Shown: positions 40,120-48,913 of the stretch, piece by piece | How positions within the stretch are numbered: the stretch's first letter is position 1 | How the letters are laid out: each line of letters opens with the position of its first letter | Source: Candidatus Levybacteria bacterium RIFCSPHIGHO2_01_FULL_40_16 | GTDB taxonomy: Bacteria; Patescibacteriota; Microgenomatia; Levybacterales; UBA12049 | Direction of reading: 5' to 3' | Assembly: GCA_001783805.1 (NCBI GenBank) | Contig: MFNS01000001.1 | Span: forward strand, 64,649-128,648 | DNA: 64,000 nucleotides | Notes under the pieces: model-generated | What the model saw: only the letters and a program-made list of their open reading frames with translations | Database searches by the model: none | Told to the model about the DNA's origin: nothing | Made by a program: the position numbers and the translations under genes

Positions 40120-41328
40120 ATGAACATTCTTTTGGTTTCATCATATCTGCCTTATCCTCTTTTTTCCGGAGGACACATCCGCTTGTATAATTTGATAAAA
40201 GAATTAAGTCATAAACATAAAATAACTTTGGTTTGTGAAAAAAGAGATTATCAAGGTGATGCCGAAATCTCGGAGCTTAAGAAATTCTGCAAAAAAGTTA
40301 TTTCAGTTCCCCGTAAAAAGCAATGGTCTTTGAAAAATATTACAAAAACCGGATTGTCAGCTTTACCCTTTTTAATAATAGGTCACACTAGTAGCGAAAT
40401 GCGGAAAGAAATTCAAAGAGAACTCAATGAAAATCAATTTGATTTAATTCACGCGGAGACTTCTTATGTAATGCAGAATATTCCTGAAACCAAAATTCCT
40501 ATTATTTTGGCAGAGCACAATGTGGAATATTTGGTCTACAAGCGTTTTGCAGATAAAGCACCATTGTTGCTGAGGCCGCTTTTGTATATGGATGTTTTAA
40601 AGCTTAAGCGTTGGGAAGAAGCAGTATGGAAAAAGGCCACGAAATTGATAGCGGTTTCAAAAATTGAAAAAGAAATTATGAACAAAGTTAGAAAAGATGT
40701 TGTTGTTGTTTCAAATGGAGTGGACATTGAAAAATTTACAATTAACGATTTACAATTAACAAGAGATGGAAGAGAAAAAAGAATTTTGTTTATTGGGGAA
40801 TTTAAATGGGTGCAAAATAGAGACGCAATCGAATGGATAATTAAAGAAATTTGGCCAAAGCTTATGGCCGAATTTATCCCGCCTATAACAGGCGGTGGGA
40901 TTAAATTATGGGTAGTTGGGAGGAATATTCCTGATTCAATTAGAGAATTGACAAGCGATAAAAATATTATATTTGATGACAAAGCACCAAAAGAAACGGA
41001 AGAGATATTCAGAAAATCAAATCTTCTCCTGGCTCCAATTCAGGTTGGCGGAGGAACGAGTTTCAAAATTTTGGAAGCAATGGCGAGCGGCGTTCCAGTT
41101 GTCACAACAGATCTAGGTAATGCAATAGGAGCAAAAGAAGATTTAGAAATAGTTATTGCAAATGAGGCGCACGATTTTATTGTAAAGATTAAAGAACTAT
41201 TCGAGAATAAGAAATTTTATGAAACAATTTCTCAAAATGCCAGAAAGTTAATTGAAGAAAAATTTAACTGGCAAAAAATTGCAGGAGATCTAGATTCCGT
41301 TTATGAGCTAGTCGTGCCTTATGCTTGA
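40120..41328 (+). CDS. GT4-family glycosyltransferase
   Basis: C-domain GGTSFKILEAMASGVPVV (EX7E). Confidence 0.65.
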   Translation: MNILLVSSYLPYPLFSGGHIRLYNLIKELSHKHKITLVCEKRDYQGDAEISELKKFCKKVISVPRKKQWSLKNITKTGLSALPFLIIGHTSSEMRKEIQRELNENQFDLIHAETSYVMQNIPETKIPIILAEHNVEYLVYKRFADKAPLLLRPLLYMDVLKLKRWEEAVWKKATKLIAVSKIEKEIMNKVRKDVVVVSNGVDIEKFTINDLQLTRDGREKRILFIGEFKWVQNRDAIEWIIKEIWPKLMAEFIPPITGGGIKLWVVGRNIPDSIRELTSDKNIIFDDKAPKETEEIFRKSNLLLAPIQVGGGTSFKILEAMASGVPVVTTDLGNAIGAKEDLEIVIANEAHDFIVKIKELFENKKFYETISQNARKLIEEKFNWQKIAGDLDSVYELVVPYA

Positions 41329-42199
41329 CCTTTCTATTATTATTGTCAGTTACAACGCAAAGGAGTTCTTGAGGAAATGCATTGCGTCAATCGTGAAGAA
41401 CATAAAGAACGTTTCATACGAAGTGATTGTTGTTGATAATAATTCAACAGACAGTTCTTCCGAAATGGTCAAAAAAGAGTTTCCCCAAATAAAGTTAATT
41501 GCGAATAAGAAAAATTTTGGGTTTTCAAAGGCGAATAATCAGGGAATTAAAATCTCAGAGGAAAGCAAATATATTTTATTTTTAAATCCGGATACGATTG
41601 TTAACGAACAGTCAGTTGAGGGAATGGTTAAATTTATGGATAGTCATTCAGATGCGGGGGCATCCACTTGCAAACTCGTAATGCCGAATGGAAGAATCGA
41701 TGATGCATCCCATCGCGGTTTTCCAACTCCTTGGAATTCTTTCTGCCATTTCTCAGGAATGTCCCGAATATTTCCAAAATCACAGATTTTCGCAGGATAT
41801 AACTTGGGATGGATGAACTTTGAGAAAACCCACGAAATAGATGTGCTGGCTGGAGCATTCATGTTGGTTAGAAGAGTTGCGGGTAAGGAAGCGAAATGGT
41901 GGGATGAAGATTATTTTTTCTACGGGGAAGATATAGATTTTTGTTATCAGCTAAAAGCAAAAGGCTGGAAAATTTATTATGTCCCGACCTTTTCTATAAT
42001 TCATTACAAAGGCGTGAGCGGCGGGATAAAATCTGTTTCTAAAGAAATCACCACAGCGAGTAAGGAAACAAAAGAAATGGTAACCAAATGGCGTTTTAAG
42101 GCAATGAGAATTTTTTACAATAAACATTACAGGCAAAAATATCCTTGGATTATTAATTTATTAGTAAATGTTGGAATTTCAATCAGAGAAAAAATATGA
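41321..42199 (+). CDS. GT2-family glycosyltransferase
   Basis: LSIIIVSYNAKEFL...VVDNNSTDSS. Confidence 0.6.
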   Translation: MLDLSIIIVSYNAKEFLRKCIASIVKNIKNVSYEVIVVDNNSTDSSSEMVKKEFPQIKLIANKKNFGFSKANNQGIKISEESKYILFLNPDTIVNEQSVEGMVKFMDSHSDAGASTCKLVMPNGRIDDASHRGFPTPWNSFCHFSGMSRIFPKSQIFAGYNLGWMNFEKTHEIDVLAGAFMLVRRVAGKEAKWWDEDYFFYGEDIDFCYQLKAKGWKIYYVPTFSIIHYKGVSGGIKSVSKEITTASKETKEMVTKWRFKAMRIFYNKHYRQKYPWIINLLVNVGISIREKI

Positions 42200-43338
42200 A
42201 AATAGGAATTGATACGAGGCTTTGGGGTGAAACTGGAGTTGGGAGATATATTCGCAATTTAGTGTCTGAACTTTCTAAAATAGACTTTAAGAATAGTTAT
42301 GTCTTGTTCGCCTTAAACAAAAACGAAAAAAACATTAAATCCGCAATTCGTAATTCTCAATTCGTAATTCGATTAACTGATATTAAGTGGCATACGCTTG
42401 AAGAACAATTAAAATTTCCTGCAATTTTGAATAAAGAAAATCTCGATCTAATACATTTTCCTTATTTTTCCGTTCCCGCTCTTTATAACAAACCATTTGT
42501 TTTTACGATTCACGATCTTATTATCGATCATTTTCCAACCGGACAGGCATCTGCTTTGCCATTTCCCATCTATAACCTTAAAAGGTTAGCATATAATCTT
42601 GTACTTAGTTACGCAGCAAAAAAAGCAAAAAAAATCATTACTGTTTCAAATGCGACGAAAGATGAAATTATAGATCATTTAAAAGTTAATCCCGAAAAAG
42701 TTGCAGTGACCTATGAGGGGGTGGATGATAGAATATCAAATATCAAATATCAAAAATCAAAAATTGATAGTGAATACTTTCTTTGTGTTGGGAATGCGTA
42801 TCCGCATAAAAATCTTGAGAGATTATTGGAAGCGTTTAAAATATTGGATAACGACACGAAACTTGTTTTGGTTGGAAAGGAAGATTATTTTTACAAAAGA
42901 TTAAGGAGTAAGGTGGCGGGAATGAGACTTTCCGACAAAACAATTCTCTTACAAAATGTAGCTGATGAAGAATTGTCAAGTTTGTACCAAAATGCAAAAG
43001 CTTTAATCTTGCCGTCTTTAATGGAAGGGTTTGGTCTGCCGGCTTTGGAGGCGATGGCGAATAAATGTTTGGTTTTGGCATCAGATATACCTTCATTGAG
43101 AGAAATATGTGGTAATGCCGCTTTGTATTTTAACCCATTAAGCATTGATGAATTGACAAAAAAGCTCAATATGGTTACCTCCCATACTACAGGGTATGGA
43201 AGGTTAGAAGAAATAAGAAAAAGAGGAATTGAGAGAGTCAAGCTTTTTTCCTGGCGCAAAATGGCAAGGAAGACATTGAAAATATATGAAAGTAGTTCTT
43301 CGGCAAGTCGAAGATACCCAGAGGGGCACTCAGAATAA
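42196..43338 (+). CDS. GT4-family glycosyltransferase
   Basis: EGFGLPALEAMANKCLVL. Contains two heptamer arrays (AATTCGT x4 and AATATCA x4–5). Confidence 0.65.
   Translation: MKIGIDTRLWGETGVGRYIRNLVSELSKIDFKNSYVLFALNKNEKNIKSAIRNSQFVIRLTDIKWHTLEEQLKFPAILNKENLDLIHFPYFSVPALYNKPFVFTIHDLIIDHFPTGQASALPFPIYNLKRLAYNLVLSYAAKKAKKIITVSNATKDEIIDHLKVNPEKVAVTYEGVDDRISNIKYQKSKIDSEYFLCVGNAYPHKNLERLLEAFKILDNDTKLVLVGKEDYFYKRLRSKVAGMRLSDKTILLQNVADEELSSLYQNAKALILPSLMEGFGLPALEAMANKCLVLASDIPSLREICGNAALYFNPLSIDELTKKLNMVTSHTTGYGRLEEIRKRGIERVKLFSWRKMARKTLKIYESSSSASRRYPEGHSE
42345..42372 (+). repeat. heptamer array AATTCGT-like x4 in GT4 N-domain
   Basis: Units are aattcgt aattctc aattcgt aattcga. Confidence 0.8.
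42732..42766 (+). repeat. heptamer array AATATCA x3 + AAAATCA + AAAATTG in GT4 interdomain linker
   Basis: Encodes ISNIKYQKSKI. Confidence 0.75.
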
Positions 43339-43365
43339 ACTTACTTATTATTGCAAGTTCATCCT

Positions 43366-44535
43366 ATGAAAGTGGCATTAGTGTACGACCGATTGAATAA
43401 ATGGGGAGGGGCAGAAAGAGTAATGCTTGCTTTGCATAAGCTATTTCCTCTAGCTCCGCTTTACAGCTCAGTTTACGATAAAAAGAAAGCTCCTTGGGCC
43501 CTTCGTTTTAACTCAGGGCAAGCAAAAATTAAAACTTCTTTCCTTCAAAACTTTCCATTCGCCATGCGCCATGAGCTATATGCTGGCCTGATGCCTTTGG
43601 CGTTTGAGAGCTTTAATTTTGACGAGTTTGATTTAGTAATTTCCATAACTTCGGAAGCGGCAAAAGGAATTATTACTAAGCCCCAAACAAAACATATTTG
43701 TTATTGTTTAACGCCGACCCGTTATCTTTGGAGTGGATACAAAGACTATTTTAATAATCCGGTTCTTCGTTTTCTTTCATTTCCGGTTGTTTGGTATTTG
43801 AAGTTTTGGGATAAAATTGCAGCGCAAAGGCCGGACGCGTACATTGCGATTTCAAAAGAGGTTCAGATGAGGATTAAGAAGTATTATGGCAGAGAATCAA
43901 CCGTGGTGTACCCGCCAATCGAAATCTCAAATCTCAAATCTCAAATCTCAAATAAATCTCAAAATGCCAAATACAAAATACAAAATATCCCTTATTTCTT
44001 AATTGTTTCCCGTCTAGTTCCGTATAAGAAAATAGATCTTGCAATAAGAACTTTTAATAAATTAAAACTTCCCTTAAAAATAATTGGAACAGGCTCACAG
44101 ATGCAGGAATTAAAATCAATGGCGGAGCCGACAATTGAGCTTCTGGGTAACTTGACGGATAAAGAGCTGGTAAGGTATTATAGTGAGTGTTGCGCTTTGG
44201 TTTTTCCCGGTCCTGAAGATTTCGGTTTAACAATCTTAGAGGCGCAGGTTTTTGGCAAGCCGGTTATCGCTTTTAGAGGTGGAGGGGCTCTGGAAACAAT
44301 CATTGAAAAAAAGACAGGCGTTTTTTTTGAAGAACAAACAATCGAGAGCCTAACCAAAACAATAAAGCAATTTAACAAAATGAAATTTGATCCAAGAGAT
44401 TGCATCGAGCAAGCAAACAAATTTAATTTTAAAGTGTTTGAGGAGCGATTTATGCAAGAGATCCTTCGGCTGATGCCTCGTGCCGCCGGCATAGCCTTTG
44501 GCGACGCACGGCAGGATGACATTAATAAATTATGA
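43366..44535 (+). CDS. GT4-family glycosyltransferase
   Basis: MKVALVYDRL... and the C-domain EDFGLTILEAQVFGKPVI. A long AAATCTC/AAATACA heptamer array lies in the interdomain linker. The start was set at ATG 43366; the track starts at TTG 43351. Confidence 0.6.
   Translation: MKVALVYDRLNKWGGAERVMLALHKLFPLAPLYSSVYDKKKAPWALRFNSGQAKIKTSFLQNFPFAMRHELYAGLMPLAFESFNFDEFDLVISITSEAAKGIITKPQTKHICYCLTPTRYLWSGYKDYFNNPVLRFLSFPVVWYLKFWDKIAAQRPDAYIAISKEVQMRIKKYYGRESTVVYPPIEISNLKSQISNKSQNAKYKIQNIPYFLIVSRLVPYKKIDLAIRTFNKLKLPLKIIGTGSQMQELKSMAEPTIELLGNLTDKELVRYYSECCALVFPGPEDFGLTILEAQVFGKPVIAFRGGGALETIIEKKTGVFFEEQTIESLTKTIKQFNKMKFDPRDCIEQANKFNFKVFEERFMQEILRLMPRAAGIAFGDARQDDINKL
43922..43989 (+). repeat. heptamer array AAATCTC x4 followed by AAATACA x2–3 in GT4 interdomain linker
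   Basis: 68 nt of AAAT-N-N-C-type units. Encodes EISNLKSQISNKSQNAKYKIQNI. Confidence 0.8.
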
Positions 44536-45614
44536 AGATTGTTGTTTTTGCAGGCGGAGTCGGAACAAGGCTTTGGCCGCTTTCCCGGAAAAATAGTCCC
44601 AAACAATTTGAAAAAATATTAGGTGACAAATCTACTTTGCAACTCGCAGTTGATAGGCTCAATCCGGATTTCGCCTTCGAAGATATTTATGTTGCAACAG
44701 GAGAAAAATATGAAAAAATTGTCCGAGTTCAGCTTCCCAAAATTCCAGCTAAAAACTTTATTTTTGAACCTGCGGTAAGGGATGTCGGTCCTGCGGTTGG
44801 TATGGCAATGTCAATCATAGGAAAAGAGTACCCGAATTCTCCGGTTGCAATTTTGTGGAGTGATCATTTTGTCAAAAAAGAAAGAAGATTCCGTGAGGTT
44901 TTGCATTTTGCAGAAGGGCTTGTTAAAAAAAATAATAACGCACTTATACTTATTGGGCAAAGGGCGAGATTTGCGAATCAGAATTTGGGATGGATAGAAT
45001 TTGGCCGTGAAATAGAGGAGATTAGGGGAACAAAGGTTTTCGAATTTAAGAAGCTAATTTATAGACCAACACTTGAGCAAGCAGAACAATTCCTGGAAAC
45101 CGGTAATTTTGCCTGGAATCCGGGTTACTTTGTTACAACTCCCGGATTCATCTTATCCCAATTTAAGACATTTGCTCCTCAATTATATGCTGGACTGAAG
45201 CAAATACGAGATGCCGTGGGTACTGCCAGACTTGACAGAACTGTTAACGCCGTATATCCGACGCTTGAGAAAATAAGCTTTGACAATGCGATTTTGGAAA
45301 AGATACATCCAAAACATGTTGCTGTTATTGCAGCAGATTTAGGCTGGAGCGATGTGGGCGCATGGGAAGCATTAAAAGAAGCATTGGAAAAAACGTCGGA
45401 TGAAAATGTTACCAAGGGAAAAGTTATAATAAATGATTCTTCCGATAATCTCGTTTTTAACTATACGGATCAACTAGTGGTGGGAATTGATCTTGAAAAG
45501 ATGCTGGTTATAAGTACGGATGATGTGCTTTTGGTTTGCAGTAAAAATTCCGTTCCTAAAATAAAAAAACTGGTTGAAAAACTGGAAAATACTCCGCATG
45601 AACATCTTACGTAA
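44532..45614 (+). CDS. manC: mannose-1-phosphate guanylyltransferase (no PMI domain)
   Basis: MKIVVFAGGVGTRLWPLSRKNSPKQF matches the ManC/CpsB N-terminus. 360 aa. Confidence 0.65.
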   Translation: MKIVVFAGGVGTRLWPLSRKNSPKQFEKILGDKSTLQLAVDRLNPDFAFEDIYVATGEKYEKIVRVQLPKIPAKNFIFEPAVRDVGPAVGMAMSIIGKEYPNSPVAILWSDHFVKKERRFREVLHFAEGLVKKNNNALILIGQRARFANQNLGWIEFGREIEEIRGTKVFEFKKLIYRPTLEQAEQFLETGNFAWNPGYFVTTPGFILSQFKTFAPQLYAGLKQIRDAVGTARLDRTVNAVYPTLEKISFDNAILEKIHPKHVAVIAADLGWSDVGAWEALKEALEKTSDENVTKGKVIINDSSDNLVFNYTDQLVVGIDLEKMLVISTDDVLLVCSKNSVPKIKKLVEKLENTPHEHLT

Positions 45615-45617
45615 ACT

Positions 45618-46292
45618 ATGTCTAATATGCCAGTAACGGAGATTGAAAAAAGCAATTATTATCTATTCGCAAAAAGAACAATGGATGTTATTTCTTCTAT
45701 ATTTTTGCTGATATTTTTTTCTCCAGCAATACTAATTATAGCCATAGCGATAAAGCTTGATTCAAAAGGGCCGGTTCTGGCAGATACACCAAAAAGAGTT
45801 GGAAAAGATGGAAAACTGTTCAAAATGTATAAATTCAGATCCATGGTGGAAAATGCCCATGAAATATTAAGGGAAAATCCTAAGTACTCAAATCTATATA
45901 ATGCTTACAAAAGAGGAAGTTATAAATTGAAAGATGATCCGCGCATTACCAGGGTTGGTCACTTCATACGCAAACATTCTTTGGATGAAATACCGCAAGC
46001 CCTGAATATCTTAAAAGGTGAAATGAGCCTGGTAGGTCCCCGGGCTTATTATCCTGATGAATTGCGCGATCAGCAAAAAAAATACCCCCACACGATTGAT
46101 TCTGTCAAGATTGTGCTTTCAGTCAAGCCCGGAGTCACCGGATTCTGGCAGGTTTCAGGTCGAAGCGAGATAAATTTCGATAAGCGTATTGAAATGGACG
46201 CATCTTATGTCAAAAAAAGATCTCTTCTTTATGACCTTTGGATTATTGCAAAGACCCCTTTGGCTATGGTTACAGGGCGCGGCGCCCTCTAG
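45618..46292 (+). CDS. small initiating phosphoglycosyl transferase (bacterial sugar transferase, PglC/WbaP C-domain type)
   Basis: One N-terminal TM plus ...PRITRVGHFIRKHSLDEIPQALNILKGEMSLVGPRA...GVTGFWQVSGR. Canonical bacterial sugar-transferase (PF02397-type) motifs. Confidence 0.75.
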   Translation: MSNMPVTEIEKSNYYLFAKRTMDVISSIFLLIFFSPAILIIAIAIKLDSKGPVLADTPKRVGKDGKLFKMYKFRSMVENAHEILRENPKYSNLYNAYKRGSYKLKDDPRITRVGHFIRKHSLDEIPQALNILKGEMSLVGPRAYYPDELRDQQKKYPHTIDSVKIVLSVKPGVTGFWQVSGRSEINFDKRIEMDASYVKKRSLLYDLWIIAKTPLAMVTGRGAL

Positions 46293-46303
46293 TCTATCTG
46301 CAG

Positions 46304-46344
46304 TTGACCCCGCTAAGCGGGGTTGACAGGATTGAGCTTTTTTG
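46304..46344 (+). terminator. GC-rich stem-loop (gaccccgc-taa-gcggggtt) followed by a T-run; possible terminator/attenuator between the phosphoglycosyl transferase and DUF4012 genes
   Basis: An 8-bp stem (one mismatch) with a 3-nt loop at 46306–46324. The T6 run starts about 12 nt downstream, so this is non-canonical. It overlaps a TTGACA hexamer. Confidence 0.3.
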
Positions 46345-46357
46345 CCATCATTAAGGG

Positions 46358-48331
46358 ATGGAAGGTTTTAATAAGATTGATTTGGAAACTGTCCCCTCCC
46401 AACCTGCAGAACCTAGGATTATTGATAATAGACCTAAGCCTAAAGCAAAAATAAACTTTTTAAAAAAATCATTAATTGCTCTCGGAGTTATATTGGCCGT
46501 ATTATTTATTTCCGGACTGATTCTGATAGCGCCTTTGCAGAAGGTTTATTCGGATGCCAAATCTACATTTAAACAGGTGAAAATTGCAGTGGACGCGTTA
46601 AAAAAGCAAAATATTACCTTAACATCCGAAGAGCTTAATAAAACCAAGGAAAGCCTAACTCAAACCCAAAAAAGCTTGGATGAAATTAGTTATTTTAAAT
46701 TTATCCCGTTGGCAAGCGCATATTATAATGACGCCCAGCATTTAATTAAAGCAGGATTTTACGGACTCTCTGCGGCAAGGGTTCTTGTCGATTCAATAAC
46801 TCCCTACGCAGATATTCTTGGGCTTAAAGGCCAGGGAAGTTTCGTTGGGGGTACAGCTTCCCAAAGGATACAGACCGCAGTTACAACCATGGGTAAAATT
46901 GCGCCCCACATTGACGATATTGCCGTACAGATGGAGGGAGCGAAAAAGGAAATAGATGCGGTTGACCCGAATCATTACCCAGCTTTCTTTGGAGGTGAAA
47001 AGATTAGAAATGGATTGTTTCAATCAAAACAATTAATAGATCAGGGCGTTGGCTTTGTATCCGATGCGAGACCGCTTATCAAAATTCTTCCGAGCCTCTT
47101 GGGTGACCCTAAAGAAAAAAAGTATCTGATACTTTTTCAAAACGATAAGGAGCTTCGCCCGACCGGCGGATTTATCACAGGCTATGCTATTTTCAGAATA
47201 GTCAGCGGTGTTATTCACGTAGATAGTGCCAATGACATATACTCTCTTGATGCAGGAATATATGGAAAACAAACTGCTCCCGCTCCAATCCTCAAGTACC
47301 TTGCCAATGTTCCTGTTTTGAATTTGAGAGACTCTAATCTTTCTCCGGACTTTATAACGTCCATGGAGACATTTAATAGTCTCTACAAAAAAGCAGCGGG
47401 CTATGTGCCGGTAGATGGAATTATTGCTTTGGATACTAATGTTTTGGTTTCAACGATTAAGATCTTGGATGATGAAGTATATGCGGACGGAATTAGATTT
47501 ACGAGCAAAACTGATCCTCGGTGTGATTGTCCGCAAGTTATTTATGAACTGGAAAGTCTTATTTCAACACCTAAAAGTGTTGACTTAAAAGTTACCACCC
47601 TTAGAGCCGTACAGTCCCAAAGAAAAGATATTATCGGAACGCTTTTATATGCAATTATGGATAAAGCTTTGAAATCATCGCCCAAATTATATTGGGGACC
47701 TTTATTCCAAGACATGCTGGTTCAAACGCAGCAAAAACACGTTCTATTTGATATTTATAATCAGGATGCTCAAAGCGGGATAGAAGCATTAAATGCCGCA
47801 GGCAGAATCAGGACTTTTGAAGGAGATTATCTGCATATTAATCAAGCAAATTTCGGAGGAGCCAAGTCTAACATGTTTGTTCAGGAAACTGTAACTCAAA
47901 ATTATGAGATGGCAGAGGATAAAACTATAACCAAAAAGCTCACGATAAATTACAAAAATCCCCACAAGCCGTCAGATTGCAATTTGGAGCGGGGAAATCT
48001 TTGTATTAACGCGGTTTTGCGGGACTGGATTAGGATATATGTCCCGTTAGGAAGTAAATTAGTAGACAGCAAGGGATCCGAGGTAAAAATGATTTCTTAT
48101 GATGAATTGGGCAAAACGGTTTTTGAAGGTTTCCTTACCGTAAGACCTCTTGGATCCGCAGTTTTTTCAATTTCCTACACGCTGCCATTTAAAGTAAAAG
48201 ATGGGTCTTTACCCCTCCTTATCCAAAAGCAGCCCGGAACAGGCGGAAATGAATATACACTTAAAGTTAATGACAATAAAATTGATAAGTTTGAGCTCTT
48301 GACGGATAGAGAAACAAAAATAAAACTTTAA
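46358..48331 (+). CDS. DUF4012-domain membrane-anchored protein
   Basis: N-terminal TM. LILFQNDKELRPTGGFITGYA matches the DUF4012 NxxExRxxGG core. 657 aa. Confidence 0.55.
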   Translation: MEGFNKIDLETVPSQPAEPRIIDNRPKPKAKINFLKKSLIALGVILAVLFISGLILIAPLQKVYSDAKSTFKQVKIAVDALKKQNITLTSEELNKTKESLTQTQKSLDEISYFKFIPLASAYYNDAQHLIKAGFYGLSAARVLVDSITPYADILGLKGQGSFVGGTASQRIQTAVTTMGKIAPHIDDIAVQMEGAKKEIDAVDPNHYPAFFGGEKIRNGLFQSKQLIDQGVGFVSDARPLIKILPSLLGDPKEKKYLILFQNDKELRPTGGFITGYAIFRIVSGVIHVDSANDIYSLDAGIYGKQTAPAPILKYLANVPVLNLRDSNLSPDFITSMETFNSLYKKAAGYVPVDGIIALDTNVLVSTIKILDDEVYADGIRFTSKTDPRCDCPQVIYELESLISTPKSVDLKVTTLRAVQSQRKDIIGTLLYAIMDKALKSSPKLYWGPLFQDMLVQTQQKHVLFDIYNQDAQSGIEALNAAGRIRTFEGDYLHINQANFGGAKSNMFVQETVTQNYEMAEDKTITKKLTINYKNPHKPSDCNLERGNLCINAVLRDWIRIYVPLGSKLVDSKGSEVKMISYDELGKTVFEGFLTVRPLGSAVFSISYTLPFKVKDGSLPLLIQKQPGTGGNEYTLKVNDNKIDKFELLTDRETKIKL

Positions 48332-48882
48332 TGAGGACATATAGAATAGAGGGAATTGTTCTTAGGCGCAGAAATTTGGGTGAAGCGGATAGGATTTTAA
48401 CAATCCTAAGTAAAGAATCAGGCAAAATAGTGGTTAAAGCTCCGGGGGTAAGGCGAATTCATAGCCGCAGATCTTCCCATATTGAGTTATTAAACTTTTC
48501 GGAGTTTACTCTTTATTCAGGCTCCAAAACCTTCATGCCGATAGTCACGGAAGCCCAAATCATTGATGATTTTTCCCGTATCAAAAAAGACCTCCACAAG
48601 ATTGGAGTGGCCTATTATATTTGCGAGCTGATAAATGGTTTATGCGCGGATAATCAAGAAAATCGAGGAGTATTTTTTCATTTGAAAGCTAGTCTCTCCG
48701 AGCTTTCCGGAACTTTGGACACAGCTGTTCTTATAAAAAAGTTTGAGAAAGATCTTTTGACGGAATTGGGATTTTGGTCGGAAGCAAAACTCCTGCAAAC
48801 TCAGGATTCGCAAATAGTGATGGAGAGATTGTTAGAGAGAAAACTTAAAACCCTACGTGTCCTACCGCTTTTTACTCCGTAA
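48331..48882 (+). CDS. recO: DNA repair protein RecO (short form)
   Basis: N-terminal OB-fold: YRIEGIVLRRRNLGEADRILTILSKESGKIVVKAPGVRR. 183 aa. Confidence 0.6.
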   Translation: MRTYRIEGIVLRRRNLGEADRILTILSKESGKIVVKAPGVRRIHSRRSSHIELLNFSEFTLYSGSKTFMPIVTEAQIIDDFSRIKKDLHKIGVAYYICELINGLCADNQENRGVFFHLKASLSELSGTLDTAVLIKKFEKDLLTELGFWSEAKLLQTQDSQIVMERLLERKLKTLRVLPLFTP

Positions 48883-48895
48883 CTGCGTTTTGGTG

Positions 48896-48904
48896 TATGC
48901 TATA
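48896..48904 (+). promoter_or_regulatory. extended -10 (TGcTATAAT) upstream of glyQS, leaderless-like
   Basis: TGCTATAAT ends 9 nt before ATG 48914. Confidence 0.35.
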
Positions 48905-48913
48905 ATTTAGAAA

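Noticed and set aside
40536-40982. 148-aa minus-strand ORF inside the GT4 gene, and similar antisense ORFs (44178..44606, 55119..55532, 62010..62390, 34131..34481)
   Set aside because: These are shadow ORFs opposite strongly conserved genes (GT4, ManC, FtsI, GlmS, LbH acetyltransferase).
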